In this document: piece by piece, positions 30,072 to 37,884 of the stretch
How the letters are laid out: the number at the start of each line of letters is the position of its first letter
Numbering within the stretch: the first letter of the stretch is position 1
DNA from: a virus
Reading direction: 5' to 3' (one strand)
Length of the DNA stretch: 64,000 nucleotides
IMG/VR virus record: IMGVR_UViG_3300021512_000004
Location: 1-64,000 of that record
The notes under the pieces: generated by a model
What the model was told of the DNA's origin: nothing
What the model saw: the letters and a program-made list of their open reading frames with translations, nothing else
The model's database searches: none
Translations under genes and position numbers: made by a program

Positions 30072-30365
30072 TCATTTAATTATCCGTTTTTTAGTAATTG
30101 TTTTGCCGCGCTTATGGCGCTCCCACAAAACTGTTTTCACTCCATGCTGCCTCATTTCTGCGTCAAAATCAGGCCAAGCATTTTTTGGAATATCGCCTAA
30201 TGTTGCGCTAACTGTTGCACTACCCCCAGATATTACAATGGAAGCAATGAGTACAGGTTCCCGCATCTCCTCGACAAGGGGCACTGCAACTTCAGCATCT
30301 TCGTTAAAGACTCTGAGATTGAAGGCCCCAGTGATGGGGTCAAGCCTAACCTTGCCGCAGGCCAT
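30072..30365 (-). CDS. Hypothetical protein
   Basis: ORF in the operon; start uncertain. Confidence 0.4.
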   Translation of the reverse strand: MACGKVRLDPITGAFNLRVFNEDAEVAVPLVEEMREPVLIASIVISGGSATVSATLGDIPKNAWPDFDAEMRQHGVKTVLWERHKRGKTITKKRIIK

Positions 30366-30969
30366 GACTTACTGTCTCCACAATGATCGGACCAAAGAAA
30401 TCTATCTCCGTAAAAATCCCACTGTGACCTAGGGCAGCTACAGAGAAGTCGTGAGCTGTGCAGATATTTACCACTCCCTCACAATCTCCAAGATAGCCAT
30501 ACCTGCCCATCTCCCCCCAAGGTCTGGCTCTGCTTGCGAACCATGTTAACCGCCTAAGCCACTTAGACCAAGTAACAACTTTGTCTTGTTCATTATGGAA
30601 GACTGTAACGCTGGGTACATTTTGGGCGGGGTGTTCGTCTCTCTTCAGGGCTGGGTTGAGGCAAGTCGCTACATCTGCTGGCATACTCCAACGATTTGCA
30701 GCAATCCTCATAATGGTACACCCGTTGGAATGCCCAACTACCGCTACTTTCCGGCCATCTGCCTTATATTCCTTGACGATTCTAGCTAGTTTTTTGGCTA
30801 GAGTCCCATTTCTTAACCTGACCTTTCTAAGGCTGGCATACCCGTAATTGAAATTCCTAACAAAGAACCCACCCTCTTGGAAATGCTTTGTTAACTTCCC
30901 TACAGAGTTGTCTGGATCTGTCACGTTGAAGCCGTGAATCAAAATAACTACTGGTTTATTTGTCATCAA
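30346..30969 (-). CDS. Alpha/beta hydrolase (lipase/esterase-like)
   Basis: ILIHGF oxyanion motif, GHSNG nucleophile elbow, D..V and GHS acid and histidine. Confidence 0.8.
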   Translation of the reverse strand: MMTNKPVVILIHGFNVTDPDNSVGKLTKHFQEGGFFVRNFNYGYASLRKVRLRNGTLAKKLARIVKEYKADGRKVAVVGHSNGCTIMRIAANRWSMPADVATCLNPALKRDEHPAQNVPSVTVFHNEQDKVVTWSKWLRRLTWFASRARPWGEMGRYGYLGDCEGVVNICTAHDFSVAALGHSGIFTEIDFFGPIIVETVSHGLRQG

Positions 30970-31376
30970 GCATATCCAAGGAACTCAAAATGAAACAAGT
31001 CATTAAATGTTTGGTCATCCATGTTGCCGTCGGAATCCCAGTCGCCCCCCCACCTAATGAGGTAGCCAAGTTCGCTGGCAATGGCCTCAACCTGTCCAGC
31101 GAAGCGGTAGAAATACTTATGGTCTTTAGGATAGCCTATTCCAGGAATATAGGGTCTGGCATCCACTGCGTCTGAAGGAACTGCGTTGTGCTTGCCGTCT
31201 GGCCAATCCAGCTTGGAAGTGCCACTTACGAAGCACTCATGTTGATCGTGGCGATTCCTATGACCCTCTATTACTGCGTGATCAAACCCCCTTCTTAGCA
31301 CCTCCCTAAACAACTTCTGCAGCTCTGGACGAGCGGTAGACAATCTTCGGTCAGAGGTTCGGCTATACGATGGCAT
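30966..31376 (-). CDS. Endolysin, M15 family (L-Ala-D-Glu peptidase-like)
   Basis: EGHR...Q, KHN..PSDAVD, RWGGDW and D..HFE motifs. Confidence 0.88.
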   Translation of the reverse strand: MPSYSRTSDRRLSTARPELQKLFREVLRRGFDHAVIEGHRNRHDQHECFVSGTSKLDWPDGKHNAVPSDAVDARPYIPGIGYPKDHKYFYRFAGQVEAIASELGYLIRWGGDWDSDGNMDDQTFNDLFHFEFLGYA

Positions 31377-31731
31377 GGGTCACTCTCTGAATCACTTGAA
31401 GTTTTCCTATCTGTACAGTCTCTGACCCACCGGGATCTGACACCGTGGAAATCCATAGGATGTCATAGCTGTATTCCCCAGGCTCAATCCCTGCAGTCTG
31501 AGCTGGAGTTGGACGTATGTACGCCACCCCAATCTCGGAGTCAGCATCAACCGGGACAGTTATTTCGATTTGTAGGTCTGCCTCGGAATCCGGCAGTGTG
31601 GGGTCTTTCTTGATGGTCAGATAGAGCTTATCGCCCCCAATAGCGATGGGGCTGTCGTTCTTATCTGAAACGGTTACCCTGTACTTTGGGCTATTCCCCT
31701 GAACCAAAGGGCCGAGATCTTCAATCCGCAA
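31363..31731 (-). CDS. Ig-like / BppU-like structural protein
   Basis: G......P.QT.....G.Y.YDI pattern. Confidence 0.5.
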   Translation of the reverse strand: MRIEDLGPLVQGNSPKYRVTVSDKNDSPIAIGGDKLYLTIKKDPTLPDSEADLQIEITVPVDADSEIGVAYIRPTPAQTAGIEPGEYSYDILWISTVSDPGGSETVQIGKLQVIQRVTHAIV

Positions 31732-31784
31732 GTTGACAACCTCTCACTTGTAATTAGCGTGGCAATCCGTCTAGAGGGGAAAGC

Positions 31785-32303
31785 TTAACACTTTGATAGG
31801 CGAGCTTCCAGCAGTGTTAGGAACTTCTCAGTCAAGTCTTCCCCTTCGCTGAGATCTTGTAAAATCTCCAAAGTAGTGGCCTCAACTGCCCTATATCTGT
31901 CCATAGTCATTAGCTTTTCATGATACTTCATCAGCGTTGCAATTAGTTGGGAAGAGGATGTTACCACCTCCTTCAGCTCTCTAGGCGATACCCCCTCTTT
32001 CACCCTGCCTGTGGACAAAAGAACCGTCTTTCTCATCGCCCTAACTGCGGATATCTGAGCAGCTATCTCTACTTTCAGGTCAAAGTTCTCGTCATAAACA
32101 AGATCCTCAGAGTCTGACCTGAAATACCCCAGAAAATTTAACTTCTCAATAACTTTATCTGCCAGATCCTCATCAATCTCAGGCAGGATCTCATCACAAA
32201 ACCGCCTAACCTCATGCCTTAGGTCAGACTCAGTTAACGGTAGACCTCCCTTTAAGGCGTTCTTAGTTATGTCAGACTCAAACTCATGGATTCCAGAGGT
32301 CAT
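31785..32303 (-). CDS. Hypothetical helical protein, terminase small subunit candidate
   Basis: Likely ATG at 32303 overlaps the upstream stop (ATGA); at the start of the late module. Confidence 0.35.
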   Translation of the reverse strand: MTSGIHEFESDITKNALKGGLPLTESDLRHEVRRFCDEILPEIDEDLADKVIEKLNFLGYFRSDSEDLVYDENFDLKVEIAAQISAVRAMRKTVLLSTGRVKEGVSPRELKEVVTSSSQLIATLMKYHEKLMTMDRYRAVEATTLEILQDLSEGEDLTEKFLTLLEARLSKC

Positions 32304-32650
32304 AGGGAGTCCGCCTTTGTCTTTAAATCCCTCTGATTCTTCCAGTAAGCGTAGGGAGCGGCTCCCAGCAGGATGGCCCACAGGAGAGGTGTAAACACGC
32401 TCAAGACGAACAGTGTGGCCGCTATTGATGCTATCAGGTAGATGCTCTGAGAAAACAGCCTGAGCCAACATAATAGCCATGCTTTGAACACTTTATAAGT
32501 CAAGGGAAAGAACCCTTGGTGCATTTGAAACTGTGATAGAGTCCCTTCCAGTTTCGGAGCTTCACTGAATAGACCTTGCCAAAGCCTTGCATACGAGGAC
32601 TTCACTACAAAAAGATAAAATCTGATAAGGTCCATCATCCCATTCTCCAT
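32300..32650 (-). CDS. Membrane protein with 2 predicted TM segments
   Basis: Hydrophobic C-terminal half. Confidence 0.45.
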   Translation of the reverse strand: MENGMMDLIRFYLFVVKSSYARLWQGLFSEAPKLEGTLSQFQMHQGFFPLTYKVFKAWLLCWLRLFSQSIYLIASIAATLFVLSVFTPLLWAILLGAAPYAYWKNQRDLKTKADSL

Positions 32651-32898
32651 AGAATTTCAGTTATTAGGTTTGAAAGTTTGATCTTGGGGTGCAAGTATTT
32701 TACTCCAGACGGAAACCACCTCCCATCTACCCTAACTCGATATAGGTTTTTATGACTTTGAACCTTTTTCCCAGTCATAGAATTAAGGTATTCTCCCAGA
32801 GGGAACTCCTCCGCCATGAAGACTTCAATCTTTTTATTTTCCTCAGCATTTCTACTTTTAAGCAGAAGGCTGTAGACAGGTTTTCGCACTTCTGACAT
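32635..32898 (-). CDS. Hypothetical protein
   Basis: GAGG RBS; YRVRVDGRW motif. Confidence 0.55.
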   Translation of the reverse strand: MSEVRKPVYSLLLKSRNAEENKKIEVFMAEEFPLGEYLNSMTGKKVQSHKNLYRVRVDGRWFPSGVKYLHPKIKLSNLITEILWRMG

Positions 32899-32917
32899 CT
32901 TTAACCTCTAAAACTTT

Positions 32918-32977
32918 TTGTGGTCGGTAGTTTACCCTTGCCCCTCCACTGGGGCAAGGGTAAACTACCGACCACAA
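32918..32977. repeat. Perfect inverted repeat, 27-bp arms with a 6-nt loop
   Basis: TTGTGGTCGGTAGTTTACCCTTGCCCC-TCCACT-GGGGCAAGGGTAAACTACCGACCACAA. Confidence 0.9.
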
Positions 32978-33284
32978 CAAACTCAGGGAGTTCCAATTTG
33001 ACAAACTTAAGAAACATCTACGCCAAGTTAAGCCAAATGCAGGGACAGTTGGGGGAGGGCTTTAGACTCTCAATATCGCTAGACCCCAGATTAGACAACA
33101 GCTTGTGCCTACTAGCTGAAGATTTGATGATCCGAGATAACTTCTACAGGGTCACTCTCCACCCTACTGAACTGGCCAAGATGATTGACGATACCGCTGC
33201 AGTTAATCAGTTTATTGTGCAGGTGAAGCAGAAACATCTTCATATTAATACCTCTCGAAATCGTTGATCGGAGTTATATTGTCA

Positions 33285-34247
33285 ATGGCTAGAAAAGCAA
33301 CCAATAAGCTATTACAAAAAGCAAAGAAATCAAAGAGTGATGAGTTTTATACCCAGCTTTGCGATATTGAAAGTGAATTGCAACATTACAGAACACACTT
33401 TAAAGATAAGATCGTCTTTTGTAATTGCGACGATCCTGGAATAAGTAATTTCTTTAAGTATTTTTCGGCAAATTTTAAAGAATTAGGTCTAAAGAAACTA
33501 ATAGCGGCTTGTTACAGAGAACAAACAATAGATTTGTTTAACACAGCAGAATATAAAAATGGTTTCTTCTTTGAATATACAGGTAAAGAGGAAGAAACTG
33601 ACATTTCCTGCTTTAATGGGGATGGTGATTTTCGTAGTTCAGAAAGCATTGAACTATTAAAACAGTCCGATATTGTTGTTACGAATCCACCATTTTCATT
33701 ATTTAGAGAATATGTTGAACCACTCGTTAAGTATGATAAGAAATTTTTAATAATTGGGAATGTTAATGCGATAACTTATAAAGAAATTTTCAAGCTGATC
33801 AAGGAGAATAAAGCGTGGCTGGGAATTAATCTTGGCAGAGGCGTTTCTGGTTTTATTGTCCCTGAGCATTATGAACTCTATGGGACAGAGACTCGTATTG
33901 ATGATTCAGGAAACAGGATAGTTTCTCCAAATAATTGCTTATGGCTAACTAACTTGGATACTTTCAAAAGACACGAGGACATCCCTCTTACAAAGAAATA
34001 TTTTGGTAACGAAAATGACTATCCTAAGTATGACAATTATGATGGAATCAATGTCAATAAAACGAAAGACATACCATCTGACTACAGTGGTGCCATGGGG
34101 GTTCCGATAACATTTCTTCATAAATTTAACCCTGATCAATTTGAAATTATTAAATTCAGAAAAGGGGACGATGAAAAAGATTTATCTATAAACGGAAAAT
34201 GTCCTTATTTTAGAATTCTAATTAGAAGTAAACGAATCTCCTCCTGA
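33285..34247 (+). CDS. Adenine-specific DNA methyltransferase, EcoRI-methylase family (orphan)
   Basis: AKK.K.DEFYT...IE.EL..Y, FCNCDDP..SNF, GDGDFRS.E and DIVVTNPPFSLFREY motifs; GGAG RBS; visibly AT-rich. Confidence 0.9.
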   Translation: MARKATNKLLQKAKKSKSDEFYTQLCDIESELQHYRTHFKDKIVFCNCDDPGISNFFKYFSANFKELGLKKLIAACYREQTIDLFNTAEYKNGFFFEYTGKEEETDISCFNGDGDFRSSESIELLKQSDIVVTNPPFSLFREYVEPLVKYDKKFLIIGNVNAITYKEIFKLIKENKAWLGINLGRGVSGFIVPEHYELYGTETRIDDSGNRIVSPNNCLWLTNLDTFKRHEDIPLTKKYFGNENDYPKYDNYDGINVNKTKDIPSDYSGAMGVPITFLHKFNPDQFEIIKFRKGDDEKDLSINGKCPYFRILIRSKRISS

Positions 34248-34361
34248 GGACCTCAATTTACTGGAAACGTATAATCTGGCAGCCGAGGGTTAGGGTACTC
34301 AGCCGCCAATCCCACTAAATCTAAATGTTTCATATACGCCTATAGAACTACGGGTAATGAG

Positions 34362-35129
34362 TCAGTGTGCTTTAATGCACTTCATTATCTCGTAAGCGAT
34401 CTGTGGCACTATGGCGTTTCCTAGTCCTCTACGTCTGTCCAACCTATTGGGTATCCCATGTGGGCTTCCCATAAAGATGGGTTCACTCTGTCCTGCCACT
34501 GAAAAGGCTTCCCCGTTAAAAAGCACACGACTTGACTCAGCCCCTTTTGAACTGCCCTCCCCGTTTCCTTGTGGTACCACCTCTCGTTGCAAGTCAGAGG
34601 GGGCGCTCCTCTCTTGTCCACAATGGGGATATTTTTCCAATTCGGCTCTTGTGCGCTCAGCGTAGGCAACAATCCAAAGCCTCTCCCTCGCATGGTCCTG
34701 TTGAAGAGCTCCAGCCGGAATAATAAGCGGCCTTGTGGCGTAGCCTTCACTCTCCAAATCAGTAAGCACTTTGTCGAGGCCCATGTATTCGTGGTCAGTA
34801 ACATTTTCGCAAATAACCCAAGAGGGTCGCGCTTGCTTAATAACTCTAAGCATTTCCGGCCAGAGGTGGCGGTCATCCTCCGTGCCTTTTTGCTTCCCGG
34901 CTCTACTAAATGGCTGGCACGGATACCCTCCTGTGATGATGTCGATTCCTTCATATTCACTCCCGTCCAATTCTTTAATATCGTGGTGTATTGGTACGCC
35001 AGGAAAGTTCTTCCGCAGCACTTTGCGAGGGAACTCTTCTATCTCGCAAAACCCCACAGTTTCAATCCCAGCCCATCTCGCGGAGAGGGCAAAGCCGCCA
35101 ATCCCGCTAAATAAATCTAAATGTTTCAT
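34362..35129 (-). CDS. DNA (cytosine-5) methyltransferase, main polypeptide
   Basis: DLFSGIGG (I), GGYPCQPFS (IV), ENV (VI), H.RERLW (VIII) and LGNAIVPQ (X) motifs. Confidence 0.92.
   Translation of the reverse strand: MKHLDLFSGIGGFALSARWAGIETVGFCEIEEFPRKVLRKNFPGVPIHHDIKELDGSEYEGIDIITGGYPCQPFSRAGKQKGTEDDRHLWPEMLRVIKQARPSWVICENVTDHEYMGLDKVLTDLESEGYATRPLIIPAGALQQDHARERLWIVAYAERTRAELEKYPHCGQERSAPSDLQREVVPQGNGEGSSKGAESSRVLFNGEAFSVAGQSEPIFMGSPHGIPNRLDRRRGLGNAIVPQIAYEIMKCIKAH
34421..34960 (-). CDS. Probable second subunit of the C5 MTase in an alternative frame (target-recognition region plus motif IX)
   Basis: GLLPTL and RVNPSLWEAHMGYPIGWT resemble motif IX, which is absent from the main frame. 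Confidence 0.6.
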   Translation of the reverse strand: MNMKESTSSQEGIRASHLVEPGSKKARRMTATSGRKCLELLSKRDPLGLFAKMLLTTNTWASTKCLLIWRVKATPQGRLLFRLELFNRTMRGRGFGLLPTLSAQEPNWKNIPIVDKRGAPPLTCNERWYHKETGRAVQKGLSQVVCFLTGKPFQWQDRVNPSLWEAHMGYPIGWTDVED

Positions 35130-35143
35130 ATATACCTATAGAA

Positions 35144-35446
35144 CTACGGGCCGGGGCAGTCGCAGTGGGCGAAATCATCCCCGCAGACGTGGCAGATAAG
35201 GTTGAAGCCGCAGGTGTCTGCAGAGAGGTGGTCCTCATACAACTTTCCGCAGTCAGCACACTTACATTTGCTGGCATAAGATATCTCTGGAGGGTTCACC
35301 CACTCCATGAATTTCTCAGCTAATAGTTGGGCGGGTGTGGCAGGGTTGGGTTGGCCTGGGTCAAGTGGAGGGTCATATAGGACGCTGATATCTAAAGCCC
35401 CTTCGGACTGAGGATCGTCTGATATTGTTATGGTTACGGCGGTCAC
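35144..35446 (-). CDS. Hypothetical protein with a Cys-rich C-terminus
   Basis: CxxC motifs; in the operon. Confidence 0.5.
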   Translation of the reverse strand: MTAVTITISDDPQSEGALDISVLYDPPLDPGQPNPATPAQLLAEKFMEWVNPPEISYASKCKCADCGKLYEDHLSADTCGFNLICHVCGDDFAHCDCPGP

Positions 35447-35787
35447 TCCTCCGCCTCCTTTAGAATCAGTTCAAGCTCTGCCAGACAGTTCCAGGCCGCG
35501 TGGTGCTTATGTGGCAGGCCAGATTCCTGGTCAAGTTGGGTTATGCTTGCGTTGAGTTCATGCCTCCACTTAGCGTCGTTATACCTCTCTATCCCATTTG
35601 GGACAGATATCCATCCCCCTCTAGTGTACTTTTTTGCTCCATAGGTTCCGACTTCCGCTATGGCCAGAAGAGCCCTTGGGAAGTCTTTTATCAAACCTGC
35701 CAGGATTTTGCCGTCGTCTGCCTTTACTCCAAGCTGGTGGAGGTCTTCTTTGCTGTCGTCAGGGCTAGCTGCCTCTGTCAGGGACAT
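35443..35787 (-). CDS. dATP/dGTP diphosphohydrolase-domain protein (DUF5664-like)
   Basis: K.D.GK, GA.KY...W, RY.DA..RH and D.ESGL.H..HAAWN motifs. Confidence 0.8.
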   Translation of the reverse strand: MSLTEAASPDDSKEDLHQLGVKADDGKILAGLIKDFPRALLAIAEVGTYGAKKYTRGGWISVPNGIERYNDAKWRHELNASITQLDQESGLPHKHHAAWNCLAELELILKEAEE

Positions 35788-35799
35788 ATTTCACTCCAT

Positions 35800-36054
35800 T
35801 TAAAAAGTAGTGGGTTGGGCAACGCTGCGAACGGCGCTCATAAACCCCGTTTGTAGCTCATTTTTCGCCTTACTCAACCATCGTTCGCCAGTTGCAATGT
35901 AGTCAGCCCCGTGTCCTGAGTTGTACAAGTCATGCAGGGCGTGATCAAAAACCTTACTCACTTTCTCAGAGACCTCTTTAAATTCGTTCATTAAGTCAAT
36001 CTCTTGCTGGCTTAAATCCCGATACCCTTTTATTTTCTTGTGTTGGTCTTTCAT
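35800..36054 (-). CDS. acb2: Anti-CBASS cyclic-nucleotide sponge Acb2
   Basis: QHKKIKGYRDLSQ.EIDLMN..KE and RWL..AK..LQTGFM...R.VAQP..F match the Acb2 family signature. Confidence 0.88.
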   Translation of the reverse strand: MKDQHKKIKGYRDLSQQEIDLMNEFKEVSEKVSKVFDHALHDLYNSGHGADYIATGERWLSKAKNELQTGFMSAVRSVAQPTTF

Positions 36055-36341
36055 TTTACTCTCCTTAGTTTTCTTACATCGCCATAAAAACGATTACTGA
36101 ACTTGAACGGAGTACCATCTTTCTTTATCTTGTAGACTCGGATACTGAACCTATCCCCGCAGGGTTGGCTGTCTATAGACGCGACTAAGTAGTTCTCACA
36201 CTCCCCTGAAAGCCTATCTCCAACTGAAAAAGGGCATAGTTCCTCGGCTAAATCTTGCTCTGCAGCTGCCAACAGCCTACGATCTGCTGTAAGCCTGTCT
36301 TTGAGAGCTCTGATCTCTAGTTTTTGAGTTTCAATGTTCAA
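36051..36341 (-). CDS. Hypothetical protein
   Basis: CPF.VGD and KKDGT motifs; in the operon. Confidence 0.55.
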   Translation of the reverse strand: MNIETQKLEIRALKDRLTADRRLLAAAEQDLAEELCPFSVGDRLSGECENYLVASIDSQPCGDRFSIRVYKIKKDGTPFKFSNRFYGDVRKLRRVK

Positions 36342-36622
36342 TTTATTTCCCTGGTAATTAGATGGTCTATTGCTATTTTAGCAAGGCTCAACGCCTTTTC
36401 CTCATCGACATTGTTAAAACCTATTTCCGCCTTATCCCAACCCTCTTCACTATCTTGGAAGGATATAGCAATAGAGCTGACCCCAAGCCCCGGAGGCATA
36501 AAATAAAATCGAATTTCTGGGACACACTCTTCCGGACTGCTATCAAGTTTAACTAAAACTTGCCCCACTTCAGTTTCATATAATTTTGCAAACATTTTAA
36601 ACCTCTTTAGACGTACTTCCAT
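36338..36622 (-). CDS. Hypothetical protein
   Basis: ORF in the operon; probably starts at MFAKL. Confidence 0.5.
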   Translation of the reverse strand: MEVRLKRFKMFAKLYETEVGQVLVKLDSSPEECVPEIRFYFMPPGLGVSSIAISFQDSEEGWDKAEIGFNNVDEEKALSLAKIAIDHLITREIN

Positions 36623-36807
36623 CGTCTGGACGACACTTCTTTTTCAGCTTTCCAATATAAACAACGACTGTTGCTAATAGGTATTTAGCTAAGAGTCTTG
36701 AATCAGGCATTGATAGCGAGATAGCGACGAATACCGCTCCAACTACTATTGCTGCTAAACAGCAGATGATGAATAGGGCTTCCATAAATGGAAGTCCCCC
36801 TTATTGC

Positions 36808-37269
36808 CTAATACTTAGAGCAACTTCTAGCAGGGCCGCCGGTTCTGGTTTCCTTTACTTGAGGTTTCTTGGGCAGTTTTTTGATTACTAACTGCTGTTC
36901 ATCAACCCACCAGCTATCAGGGCTGACGTTAGTCATGCCAAGTTTAGACTCAATGAAGATTCTGGAGCAGCCGTTCAGGTAAACAGCTCTACCAGTGGCT
37001 GTGCCTTTCTGCCCTCGTATAGGGTCGTCAACTATAGCCCCAAGAGGAACGGTTTGTGCAGGGGCAGGCATGGGCTCCATAACTGGCGGAGCGTCTGTAA
37101 CCTTCAGCTGGGGGTCGTCCACCATTCTGCCCTCCGGCACCTTCCCGTCTTTGTCAACTTGAGGCTGAACAAAGTAGCGGTCACATCCGTACAGGTAGGA
37201 GGCTCTGTTCTCTGCTATTCCTTCAAGTCCTGTTACTTGGTCTATTACGAAACTTCCTAATTTAATCAT
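36808..37269 (-). CDS. Hypothetical protein with two tandem copies of a small domain
   Basis: LG..V.D...G..G.A..RA.YL.GC.R.F occurs twice. Confidence 0.65.
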   Translation of the reverse strand: MIKLGSFVIDQVTGLEGIAENRASYLYGCDRYFVQPQVDKDGKVPEGRMVDDPQLKVTDAPPVMEPMPAPAQTVPLGAIVDDPIRGQKGTATGRAVYLNGCSRIFIESKLGMTNVSPDSWWVDEQQLVIKKLPKKPQVKETRTGGPARSCSKY

Positions 37270-37332
37270 TTGTTTGTGTCCTGTTTTGGGTTTTGTTGGA
37301 TTCTGATCGGAGCCGGGCAGTTAAACTTGCAG

Positions 37333-37500
37333 TTATGGCGGAACATTTTGACTCTTCTCATAAGCGCAGTCAGCGCACATACATGCTCTTTTGTTGCCAG
37401 TAAACTCTTTCTTGCATCTGTAGCACAGGTTGGAGTAGTTTCCTGGGGCCCAGCCGCGCCTCTTAGGGCGAAGGTCTCTGTCTACTTTATCGTCAGTCAA
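37333..37500 (-). CDS. Small Zn-finger-like protein (not in the ORF track)
   Basis: Manual translation from TTG: MTDDKVDRDLRPKRRGWAPGNYSNLCYRCKKEFTGNKRACMCADCAYEKSQNVPP; GAGG RBS. Confidence 0.55.
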   Translation of the reverse strand: MTDDKVDRDLRPKRRGWAPGNYSNLCYRCKKEFTGNKRACMCADCAYEKSQNVPP

Positions 37501-37674
37501 TTTCTTTGCCTCTACTTTAAAGGGGTAGTTTGCCTTGGAAATGAGGCAAAGTCAAGAGTCTGGTGTGGGTAATACACCTGGGAGTTGAAAAGGGGCCGGG
37601 TAGGTGGAGGGGGTAGTATATATAGGTGAAATAAAGCCCAAAATAAAAGTCGTGGTGGGGGTTTTCTTCAATGA

Positions 37675-37687
37675 AATCAATGACTTA
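37675..37687 (+). promoter_or_regulatory. IHF consensus site
   Basis: AATCAATGACTTA fits WATCAANNNNTTR; an identical inverted copy lies at 40153-40165. Confidence 0.55.
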
Positions 37688-37704
37688 GCACCGCACTATT
37701 AATT

Positions 37705-37733
37705 TTGACAATAGTATGAGATGAGCGTATAGT
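37705..37733 (+). promoter_or_regulatory. Strong sigma70 promoter for the rightward early region
   Basis: TTGACA-17 bp-TATAGT at the strand switch. Confidence 0.75.
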
Positions 37734-37884
37734 ACGCCTATCTTAATTTTTTACAGGAAGCACCATGACCCAGGCCCAGGCTATGCCTACGTTTTTTACC
37801 CCGTCCGTGGACGGGCGTGGGACGCCTACGCCTGAATTTTCCCAACGTGTGAATTCACACAAGCCAAACCGACAAGGTGAAATT

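Larger units (their letters stand above)
34301..35150. repeat. Imperfect direct repeat of about 55 bp (34301-34354 and 35093-35150) bracketing the C5 MTase
   Basis: AGCCGCCAATCCC..CTAAAT..CTAAATGTTTCATATA..CCTATAGAACTACGGG occurs at both ends; it copies the MTase RBS and first codons. Confidence 0.8.
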
